From Candidatus Woesearchaeota archaeon (GTDB lineage: Archaea; Nanobdellota; Nanobdellia; Woesearchaeales; UBA12501), in assembly GCA_016177345.1 (NCBI GenBank), contig JACOVM010000072.1, forward strand, positions 1 to 38,733: a DNA stretch of 38,733 nucleotides, given 5' to 3'. Positions 27,106 through 34,765 of this stretch are shown here, in pieces (within the stretch, counting starts at the first letter, position 1; the number at the start of each line of letters is the position of its first letter). The position numbers were made by a program, and so were the translations under genes. A model generated the notes under the pieces. It saw nothing but the letters and a program-made list of their open reading frames with translations, made no database searches and was not told where the DNA came from.

Positions 27106-28050
27106 TCAGCTCGGCCCATTCGTCACAACATATTCCCTCATTCTCTTGCGGAGGATACTAAATGAACGTTCGCTTTGCTCTTTTCTGTCACCGCGCTCGT
27201 GCTTGCGGTACTCGAAAGGCCCGTGCCTTATCATATCAGACGTGCTTCTTCCAAGCCAGTACATGTTCCATTGTTCTCGTTCAGGCCGAGGATCCTGGAA
27301 GAAGAGCTGGATTGGATTGGTGTCCAGCGCGTCCATAATCCATGCATTGTATGGTTCAAGATCTTGAGAGACAAGAAGCTGGTATGCCACAGTAAGTAAA
27401 TTGCAGATATCGGGATCTGCGCTGACAATTCGCACTGGCCGTCGTGGAAAATGAATTGCAGCAAATACTGCATCGGTAACAAGGCGTTCATCTGCTTCTG
27501 GTTCAGCATAAAAGACAGGCGGTTGCGCCTCATCAGGCCTTACTTTCTTGACTCGGCCTTTGTATTCTATCTTGACGATAAGGCGGTGTAGTTCTTTATG
27601 TTGCTGCTGGAGTTCTGGTGTACTTCCAGGGCGAAATTCAGCCGCACTTAAGTACATGGAAAGCAGTTGTCGGTACCATGCCTTAAGTGCAGTTTCTTCG
27701 TCGAGAGAATGATCTGGCGGTATGCCGAGCCTGTTGACTTTATCAACGTCAAGCTGAGTTAGTTTTTCGCTGAGCACGAGGTCTGCTCTTGTCAATTCAT
27801 GGGCAACTCCGCTGCTGATCAGCACGTGAGGGTGTGAGAGTACTTGTTCAAGAGCACCATTGAGCTGGAGAAGAGCGGAGATATCATCGCGAAGAAGGTC
27901 TCGATAGGATCCTGCAGTTGCTATTCTTTCAGTAAGTTGATAGGGAAGGAAAACATTCGTATCAAGAAACGTCAGGCCTGGATAATCAACAATACGTTCT
28001 AATGGCTGTAGAAGTTCAGCACCAAAAACTGGCTTTATTGCCGTGTCCAT
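27106..28050 (-). CDS. PIN-domain-like ribonuclease
   Basis: Acidic residue pattern FLDTNVF, VAHE, ADERLV, IVSADPDI. Confidence 0.6.
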   Translation of the reverse strand: MDTAIKPVFGAELLQPLERIVDYPGLTFLDTNVFLPYQLTERIATAGSYRDLLRDDISALLQLNGALEQVLSHPHVLISSGVAHELTRADLVLSEKLTQLDVDKVNRLGIPPDHSLDEETALKAWYRQLLSMYLSAAEFRPGSTPELQQQHKELHRLIVKIEYKGRVKKVRPDEAQPPVFYAEPEADERLVTDAVFAAIHFPRRPVRIVSADPDICNLLTVAYQLLVSQDLEPYNAWIMDALDTNPIQLFFQDPRPEREQWNMYWLGRSTSDMIRHGPFEYRKHERGDRKEQSERSFSILRKRMREYVVTNGPS

Positions 28051-28227
28051 CTTGTGCGGAGATATTTATGCCTTTTAATGCCTTGCCTTTAGTGTGTGAT
28101 ACGTAGCGGATTCAGGCGCGTCCTGATATTTTAGTTTATTTTATCTATTTTCTAGCCTATCTTACCTGCCTGTCTTCTTGAATTTGATAAGTTGTCCTAT
28201 ATTATATTCCATATAGAAAATAATATT

Positions 28228-28318
28228 ACAAAAAGAAATCCTGACTCTCGACGGAGGCCCTTGTGAGGGTACTTTACCAAGCTTGGCGCTTTGGTGAAGT
28301 ATCAGGATTTCTTTTTGT
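28228..28318. terminator. Terminal hairpin / possible bidirectional terminator
   Basis: 17-bp perfect inverted repeat acaaaaagaaatcctga / tcaggatttctttttgt enclosing smaller hairpins; the 3' arm is T-rich on either strand. Confidence 0.55.
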
Positions 28319-28346
28319 GGTCATTTCGTCGTAAGGCAGCTCCTTT

Positions 28347-28547
28347 CTAGTGGATGGCGAGGATATCAACCCTCTCAAGGACAAGTTCGTACCCCTGGCG
28401 TCCTTGCTTGATTCCCCTCACCATCCAAGCCCTGTTCGTGCCACTCATCGGAGTCAGGAATTGCTCTACGAACTCCTTGACTGCAGGATGGTGGTCTACT
28501 TCATGCTGGTCTCGAGCAATCGTTCTGCACAGGTCACAAGTGCACAT
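28347..28547 (-). CDS. Small orphan ORF with N-terminal CxCxxC (66 aa)
   Basis: MCTCDLC...; AGGAG upstream but only 2 nt from the ATG; preceded by a purine-rich unstructured stretch. Confidence 0.5.
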   Translation of the reverse strand: MCTCDLCRTIARDQHEVDHHPAVKEFVEQFLTPMSGTNRAWMVRGIKQGRQGYELVLERVDILAIH

Positions 28548-28928
28548 AGCTCCTAGTTCCGTGGGCTTCTACTACGTTGGGCTTCTTTACTTCGCTTGCT
28601 TTCTTGTTTTTCCTTTCGTTCTTGTTCTTTACTGTACATCATCTACTTCAACAAGGTACGGGACCACCGAATGCGTACGCGGTGCGCTTAGGGGGAAAAA
28701 AGTACGCACTCGATGGTCCCGGTTTGGAGGGAACAACACTGTGTCGACAGCGCCATACTAAAGCTGGTGTTTTCTTTAGTTGTCGCACATCTTCACTGGA
28801 ACACCAACATGAGTAATAACTCCCCCATACTCATGGTTCCCTCCTGGCGTTCTGGATATGGTGACCGTTCACGCAATGCAACCCTTCTCCTCGGAGAAAC
28901 AACATCAGGATTACGTGAACGGTCATAA

Positions 28929-29076
28929 GGCAGCACCTGTTTTTTGGGTTGAACAACGACCAGCATACAGCGGTTGGCTGGACAGGTGCTGCCAACGAGG
29001 CCATCGAACCTGATAAAAGAGCCGCCCCTCCCCCTGGAAAAGATGGCGTTTTATCACCTCTGCTCGATGGCCTCGT
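28929..29076 (-). repeat. Two-hairpin module, copy 1
   Basis: Plus-strand arms ggcagcacctgt/acaggtgctgcc, then acgaggccatcgaac/gctcgatggcctcgt. Confidence 0.85.
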
Positions 29077-29186
29077 AATCTGTTAATCTTCATCTTCTGG
29101 CCTGAGGGGCAACCAAGTCGGCTTTACGGAATTGGTAATGCACCTCGCTTGCTATAGGTTTAGGTTTTATCTTGGTTGCCCTAGGA

Positions 29187-29314
29187 GACTGCACCTGTCC
29201 AGGAAGATGACCCCCTGTATTCGTCATACCTAGACAGGTGCAGCCTACGAGACCATCGAACCCGCGACCGAAGGGTAGGTTATTGCGCAGGGATACGAGC
29301 TCGATGGCCTCGTA
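29187..29314 (-). repeat. Two-hairpin module, copy 2
   Basis: gactgcacctgt/acaggtgcagcc, then tacgagaccatcgaacccg/cgagctcgatggcctcgta. Confidence 0.85.
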
Positions 29315-29425
29315 AAGCGGCTGTCCACGGCAAGAGGTGAAGCCCATAGCCTCGAGCACATGGACAGCCGCCGAGCGCTTTCCAAAGGAGACGGCAAGTA
29401 ACCATTGGCGGCGCTCTCTAAGGAA

Positions 29426-29595
29426 GACAGCAGGTGTTCCTCACTGAGGCTCTGGATTGAGGCCAGCATCATTGAGGGTGATGCCAACAACACCTGCCGC
29501 CAGAGGAGCCCTCGACCTTACGCAGTAAAGCGCAATGCACGTTAATCCCTCGGGAAGATCGGCCGTGCAAGATTGGTCGAGGGCTCATCTGGAGT
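29426..29595 (-). repeat. Two-hairpin module, copy 3
   Basis: gacagcaggtgt/acacctgccgcc, then agaggagccctcgacc/ggtcgagggctcatct. Confidence 0.8.
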
Positions 29596-30031
29596 TTAGC
29601 ATGTTAGTGGGATGACTGCGGCAGGCACAGGCCAGTGAGCGCCCTCCCAGGACACCGGTTGTCTGTACCTGCCGCAGTCGGGCACAGTCATCATCCACGC
29701 GGGCAAGGGTTGGTGGTGATGACTGCTGGTTGTAGAGGCAAGTGAGGCGCTTGCCGAGAAGCGACAATTTGCTTGGGGCCAAGCCTTTGTCGTCCTGGAA
29801 GCGCCTCACCTGCGGTGCCTGCCGAAACGCATTACGTTCGCGTTTCACTCTTTCGTCTTAAGGGCGCACACCCGTCAGACGACGCATGGCAGGACTTTCA
29901 TGGCAACGCGGCAAGAGTAGGTAGGGGCCTCGGGCCACGATCTCATGCTCTTTCTAACTTCTTCTAGAAAGAGAATCAGATCGTGACCCGAGGCTTGGGG
30001 AGAACTAGCTAGCTAGCCGATGGTGGGCTGA

Positions 30032-31438
30032 CTAGGCGTTCTGCGGGGCGTGCTGCGCATCCTCGAACTCGAAGCCAGCGGCGAGCTGGAACTGCTCGAC
30101 GGGGATTCCGCGGATCGCGACGATCTGGCCGAAGGCGTTCCGCAGGGCGGCCTGGTCCTCGAGCTGTTCGGCGATCTGGGAGGCCACGCGGCGGACGTAG
30201 GTCTTCGGGTCCGTCACGTTCACCTTCATGATGCCGATGTTGAACGAGTTCAGGGCGACGTTGCGCAGGAAGCGCACGGTGCCGTCCTGTTCGATCTCGT
30301 TCTGCTCGAAGCCCAGCGCCTGGCAGATCTCCTCGACGATCTCCTGCTTGAACGGCGAGATCGCCAGGTGGATCCACTGCACCAGGGAGGCGAAGGCCTG
30401 CTGCTGCTTCCGGAGGTACCGCGGCGAGATCCACTGGCCCAGCAGGTAGATCGCCACGCCGACGTAGCCGTGGTTCTCCTTGCCGAACTGGATGGTCGCC
30501 TTGTTCTGGTCCTTCGTCAGCTCGGCCTTCACAGCGAAGAGGAACTTCTCGTAGCGGCCGTACTTGTCCATCTTCACCGGCGTGCCATCGCTGTCCGTGG
30601 GCTGGAAGCCCGACGGCGTGAGGTAGTCGGTGAAGGGGGTGGGGCTCTTCGTCGTGGCATGCGGCACCTTGAAGCCCAGGCCCTCGAGGCAGCTCTGGAC
30701 CGTGGCGATGGTGCCGGTGTTGCCGTTGAGGAGGACGACGCACGACTGGTCGATGCCGCAGTCGTTCGCCATCCAGCTCAGCGGGTTGTACGGCACGTAC
30801 ACCTCGATGCTGGTGAGCTCGCCGACGTTGTTGAAAGCCGCGAACGGCCGCACGTCGAACTTGCCCAGCTTCGCGTCACGGTAGTAGCCGCCGCTCATCC
30901 CGATGACCTGGGTGAGAAGCTCCCGCATCGCGTTCTGGCTGCCGTTCGTGGCCACGTTGCGCGTCACCGGCTTCTTCTTGCCGTTTGCCAGGTCGGTGGT
31001 CACGACTTCGAGGTGGGGCAGGCCGTCGACCGCGGAGACGAAAGTGGCGTCCTTCCGCTCCTTGGTCGCGGTGATGGTGGTGAGGCCGAGGGACTGGCGA
31101 TCGCCGTAGGTCTTGGACATCGCCTCCTGGATGGCGGTGATGTTGTCGCCGAAGGCCACGATGACACCGTCCTCCGAGGCGATGCTCGCCGGGTGGGGGA
31201 GAACGTTGCCATCCTGGAGGAGCTGCAGGCGGAACTGCTGGTCCGGCGTGAGGCCGTGCGACTTCGGGGGCTGCCGGTTGCCGGTGAAGGCCGCCATGAT
31301 CAGCTCCGAGGTGACCTGCTCTTCGGGGATGCCCAGCTCGCTGGCGATGGCCTGCTTGACGTTCGCATGGATCGTCGCCTTCTGCTGGGGGTTGAAGCCG
31401 TACTGCGTGATGTTGCGGAGGTTGCTCTGGGTACGCAT
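30032..31438 (-). CDS. 468-aa orphan protein with extreme GC3 codon bias
   Basis: Start moved to ATG 31438 (MRTQSNLRN): GAAAGGA lies 8 nt upstream and the codon bias begins there (56 of the first 59 codons end in G/C); no family recognised. Confidence 0.85.
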   Translation of the reverse strand: MRTQSNLRNITQYGFNPQQKATIHANVKQAIASELGIPEEQVTSELIMAAFTGNRQPPKSHGLTPDQQFRLQLLQDGNVLPHPASIASEDGVIVAFGDNITAIQEAMSKTYGDRQSLGLTTITATKERKDATFVSAVDGLPHLEVVTTDLANGKKKPVTRNVATNGSQNAMRELLTQVIGMSGGYYRDAKLGKFDVRPFAAFNNVGELTSIEVYVPYNPLSWMANDCGIDQSCVVLLNGNTGTIATVQSCLEGLGFKVPHATTKSPTPFTDYLTPSGFQPTDSDGTPVKMDKYGRYEKFLFAVKAELTKDQNKATIQFGKENHGYVGVAIYLLGQWISPRYLRKQQQAFASLVQWIHLAISPFKQEIVEEICQALGFEQNEIEQDGTVRFLRNVALNSFNIGIMKVNVTDPKTYVRRVASQIAEQLEDQAALRNAFGQIVAIRGIPVEQFQLAAGFEFEDAQHAPQNA

Positions 31439-31527
31439 GTAGCGTTTCCTTTCGAACTGCATTTGCTGCTTTTCCACCGCTAACTTCCAAAGCGGAAGCC
31501 CCTCCTGGATTTAATAGCAGTGGTGGA

Positions 31528-31675
31528 GACGACAGCTGCGTTTTCACGTCTTTTCACATCAATTCTTGCTTCTTATTCACCTACTGTGCAGCTGCCGCCA
31601 GATGAGCCCTCGACACGTTGCTTCCCGGTGCATGGCACTGGTGTGGGGAGAGCTGGTCGAGGGCTCATCTGGAGT
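31528..31675 (-). repeat. Two-hairpin module, copy 4 (leader of the 468-aa ORF)
   Basis: gacgacagctgc/gcagctgccgcc, then agatgagccctcgac/gtcgagggctcatct; 22 nt identical to 29574-29595. Confidence 0.85.
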
Positions 31676-31732
31676 GGGCTTCGTGAAGACAGCCCGAGAA
31701 GTACTACGGGGGGAAACTGAGGGGGTTGAGGA

Positions 31733-31930
31733 CTAGGTTGCGGGTTCGCTCTTGTCAGCACTCGTCACCTGGATCACGGTGGGGGTGACGACCTGATCAG
31801 GGCTGGGCGGCCAGGCCTGCGTCGTGGGCTCGAAGCGGGTCTGCCGTGCTTGGGTGCCGAGCGGGTTGGTCAACAAGTTGTTGAGCCACGATCCACTGGG
31901 CTGCTTCTTGTCAGGCGGCCTCGGAAGCAT
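31733..31930 (-). CDS. Small Pro/Thr-rich orphan ORF (65 aa)
   Basis: AAGGAGGT just before ATG 31930; GC-rich third positions; overlaps the upstream ORF by 20 nt. Confidence 0.6.
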   Translation of the reverse strand: MLPRPPDKKQPSGSWLNNLLTNPLGTQARQTRFEPTTQAWPPSPDQVVTPTVIQVTSADKSEPAT

Positions 31931-32123
31931 CAGAACCTCCTTGTTCAGCCTTCTTCGCATTCATTCGCTGCAAAGCGATGGCGAGCTGGTTGAAGCCGCT
32001 GGACTTCGGGGTTGAAGAGGGCGTCTCGGTCACATCCTTGCTTCCGTCGCTTCCCTTGATGCCATCTCTGGATGCGTACTCGGTAGCCATGATGTGAGCG
32101 AATTCATCCGTTCGAACCTTCAC
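31911..32123 (-). CDS. Small orphan ORF (70 aa)
   Basis: AGGAG 6 nt before GTG 32123 (MKVRTDEFAHIMATEY...); the track's TTG 32162 start is the alternative. Confidence 0.55.
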   Translation of the reverse strand: MKVRTDEFAHIMATEYASRDGIKGSDGSKDVTETPSSTPKSSGFNQLAIALQRMNAKKAEQGGSDASEAA

Positions 32124-32292
32124 GCGATCTCCTACGAACAATAACAGTTTTACAGTTTTCAACGGAGCCTTACTACAGGGTTTTCCACGGTTCTCCGTCG
32201 TGACCAGTGGAAAAGGGCTTCTTCTCGAGAATACAACCTACATTAAACTACATCGCACTCGTCCTACACGCTATCTGTTTCAGAAAACAGGC

Positions 32293-34179
32293 TTATGAAA
32301 GCGTGCGTCCACGTGTTTCAGGGTTTTCCAAGAGAAGAGCTCCGCTAGGCGTTATGTGAATAATCTTCACCATACCTTTTTCGCTTCGCACTTCTTCTAC
32401 AGAAATTAACCCCAAATCTACCAATGACAGCTTTAGTTCGTTTCCTTTGCGGATTGACAAACAAAGTTGTTTGTAGATTTGCGTGGTGGCTAGATAGCCG
32501 GAATTTTGGCGTAGGGTTGCCAAAAATTCATGTTGTTGGTTGGTTAAGTTGTAGGAAAGGGATATTGGAATGGAGGTATCTTTATCGTTATCATCATCAC
32601 TAGCAACAGCAACATTATCATCATAAGTATTATCATGAACAATGCCTTCTGCGTGCTCTTGAATGTTTCGCAATGTTTCAACGTCATCGTTTGTTGCCAC
32701 TCTGCTGAGCTTGAATACCTTGTCCAGCTTTTCGAGCTGCCGCTGGAGCTTTTCTGTATCGCATGACTCTTGAAAATGCTTAAGCCTGCGATGGTCTTTA
32801 GCCTTTCCTTTCATCAGGGTGGAAAGCGCATCATCAGTGATGATATTCTTCTTGACGTCAATAAACGGTGCCTTGATGAGGAAAGGATTGTAGAATCGCT
32901 CTGCTAATTTTACAATTGCGCTGCCGACCGGGAGCATGGAGAAGTATTTTCGCTGCTCGCGCATTTGCATGAGGTTGGAGACACATTCTACATCTGCTGG
33001 AAGGATCTGCTGGAAAGCTATGTTGCAGGCAGAATTTCCGGCAACCGTGTCGCTGAGCTTAGAAATGTGCTGGTCGAGGCAGATTAAGCTAACGCCATAT
33101 TCCCGGATTTCCCGGTAAATCATATCGGTGATGCTTTCGGTGAGGAAGTTTGGCTTTTCTTTGAGAAAAATGTTGTGGGCCTCGTCAACAATGATGGCGA
33201 GCCTAAACTTGTTGCTTTCGTAGTTGTTTGCTTTCATCAGCTTGTACAGGTAGGTCAGGAAGAAGCTGGTGAAGAATTTTTTCTCGCTCGTGCCAAGATT
33301 ATGGAGTTCAAAGACCACTTGCTTATCCATAATCTCTTCAACAGTGTACGCGTCTTCTCCCTTGTAATTGATCGCCTCACCGAAGTCTCCATAGGTAAGG
33401 GAGGAGGCGATTCGAAGAGCGCTTTCAAGCCATTCTGATTCTCGGCCATGGCGCCGCGCACTCATATCTGCTTCATAATCTTCAAGGCGATCTTTGACTT
33501 GGTGCCAGGTTGGATAATTCTCGCTGCCTTCATAGACGCCAAAGTCCTTAAATGCCCTATCGAGTGTTTCGCGCAGCAGCTTATGGACGCCGAAGCTTGC
33601 AAAGAATGCGTCATTGATCAGATCGCACAAAATGTTAATCCATTCCTTCGCCCCAATATTTTTTGGTGGGCGATTAATGTTGAGCTTGAAGTGGTTGCTG
33701 ACTCGTTCGTTGCCGACAGTAAAGCAGTGAACGCTTTTGTCTTTATTCATGAGCTGGCGAAAGCTTTTCTTCCAATCAAATGCGATGAAAGGCTTTCTCT
33801 TCATGACAAAATTGCCGAGAAGATGGAATGCAAAGGTTGTTTTTCCGCTGCCGCTCATGCCAGAGATGCAGACGTGTCTTGGCCAGTCATTTTCCCGCAG
33901 CCCAAATTCATACAGGTTTGTTTTGGCGTACAAGATCGTGCCGAGAGGATATTCTCCTGCCACGACACCTTGCCTTGGTGGCTCAAGCATGATGTCCTCA
34001 TCAGAAAGAAGGCCTTTGTTGAGGTACTTGTGGTAGAGGGAATGAAGCGCTTGCTCAATTTCGATCTTGCTCTCCACTGAATCAGCAAGGCGGTACTTGA
34101 GATAGATCTGGTCGATTTTCTCGCCGAAGACTGGCTTCAGCTTCTTGCAGACTTCCTCGGTAGTGAGCGCACGTTCCAT
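32293..34179 (-). CDS. HerA/DUF87 (FtsK-HerA/VirB4-like) P-loop ATPase with C-terminal wHTH-like domain
   Basis: RHVCISGMSGSGKTT (Walker A), AFDWK, IIVDEAH (Walker B), REIREYGV, DQH. Confidence 0.9.
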   Translation of the reverse strand: MERALTTEEVCKKLKPVFGEKIDQIYLKYRLADSVESKIEIEQALHSLYHKYLNKGLLSDEDIMLEPPRQGVVAGEYPLGTILYAKTNLYEFGLRENDWPRHVCISGMSGSGKTTFAFHLLGNFVMKRKPFIAFDWKKSFRQLMNKDKSVHCFTVGNERVSNHFKLNINRPPKNIGAKEWINILCDLINDAFFASFGVHKLLRETLDRAFKDFGVYEGSENYPTWHQVKDRLEDYEADMSARRHGRESEWLESALRIASSLTYGDFGEAINYKGEDAYTVEEIMDKQVVFELHNLGTSEKKFFTSFFLTYLYKLMKANNYESNKFRLAIIVDEAHNIFLKEKPNFLTESITDMIYREIREYGVSLICLDQHISKLSDTVAGNSACNIAFQQILPADVECVSNLMQMREQRKYFSMLPVGSAIVKLAERFYNPFLIKAPFIDVKKNIITDDALSTLMKGKAKDHRRLKHFQESCDTEKLQRQLEKLDKVFKLSRVATNDDVETLRNIQEHAEGIVHDNTYDDNVAVASDDDNDKDTSIPISLSYNLTNQQHEFLATLRQNSGYLATTQIYKQLCLSIRKGNELKLSLVDLGLISVEEVRSEKGMVKIIHITPSGALLLENPETRGRTLS

Positions 34180-34261
34180 GGTGTTTTTCTTTTTACTATC
34201 TTTTTTCTATCTATTTTTATTTTCTATATTTTATCTTTTCTATGTGATTATTGTTAGCTAA

Positions 34262-34765
34262 TCATTGTGTTAATATCTTGTCAAGCATGTCAAGCCTGCT
34301 TTCTTTTTCCTTGAATTCCTTGACTCGCTCGCGCAGCTCGTTCTTGAGTTTGGCAATGTCCTTCCAGTTTTCTACTTCTTCTTCGATCATAAACCGCTCA
34401 AGCTCGATCTGCTTTGTTTTAAGGTTGAGAAGGTCGTGCTTGAGTGATGCATCGTCGTTGCTGGTTGCGCTGAGCTGCAGCTCAAGATTATTGAACGTGT
34501 TTAGCATCTTCTCAATTTTTTTTGAGATTTGAGAGGTGAGATCATCTCTTTTTTTGATGAGGTCTTCAATGTCCTCAATGACGCCTTTGATGGAATCAAC
34601 TTTTACGGTCTTGAGTGATTGAAACACGTCATCTTTCAGCTCGTCTTTTGAAGAATAAGAAGAACGCTTCGTGGATGCGAAAGAAGATTCTACTGTCTGA
34701 TAAACTTTTCTATGGTCCTTCCCCAATAAGTCAAGGACTTCCAACTCTGGAATTCTTTCTGTCAT
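34262..34765 (-). CDS. Coiled-coil protein upstream of the HerA-like ATPase
   Basis: 167 aa, heptad-rich and highly charged; co-oriented with the ATPase. Confidence 0.8.
   Translation of the reverse strand: MTERIPELEVLDLLGKDHRKVYQTVESSFASTKRSSYSSKDELKDDVFQSLKTVKVDSIKGVIEDIEDLIKKRDDLTSQISKKIEKMLNTFNNLELQLSATSNDDASLKHDLLNLKTKQIELERFMIEEEVENWKDIAKLKNELRERVKEFKEKESRLDMLDKILTQ

Larger units (their letters stand above)
28659..29994 (-). ncRNA. ~1.35-kb structured RNA region (long 3' UTR or ncRNA) of about 17 consecutive stem-loop domains
   Basis: Stems at 28659-28721, 28726-28844, 28862-28925, 28929-28993, 28995-29076, 29107-29181, 29186-29246, 29246-29314, 29317-29371, 29373-29416, 29426-29501, 29502-29590, 29614-29679, 29685-29725, 29738-29813, 29818-29893 and 29927-29994. 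Most mismatches are A-C on plus, i.e. G-U on minus. Confidence 0.75.
28228..32290 (-). other. GC-rich, highly structured ~4 kb island of unknown type
   Basis: Composition shift, four co-oriented orphan ORFs, hairpin array and repeated module; no integrase, transposase or polymerase seen; boundaries approximate. Confidence 0.7.

Noticed and set aside
28929..29595. CRISPR array or integron attC array
   Set aside because: Repeats are diverged, bipartite and ~250 nt apart; no cas or integrase gene in the window; no RYYYAAC/GTTRRRY ends.
28350..29967. Short track ORFs within or opposite the hairpin region (e.g. 28354..28761, 29090..29359, 29245..29493, 29585..29848)
   Set aside because: No SD or codon bias; better explained as chance ORFs in GC-rich structured sequence.
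28659..31438. Group I/II intron, retron or RdRp element
   Set aside because: No YxDD/GDD polymerase motif or homing-endonuclease motif in the ORF, and no domain V or group I core recognised by eye; a cmscan is still needed.
30050..31483. 477-aa plus-strand ORF
   Set aside because: In-register antisense shadow of the GC3-rich gene, whose codon bias removes antisense stops; composition is typical of such shadows.
30009..31547. 244-aa and 223-aa alternative-frame minus ORFs, one with AGGAGG 10 nt before a TTG near 31490
   Set aside because: R/P/G/H-rich off-frame products expected from high GC3; a short regulatory role for that AGGAGG is not excluded.
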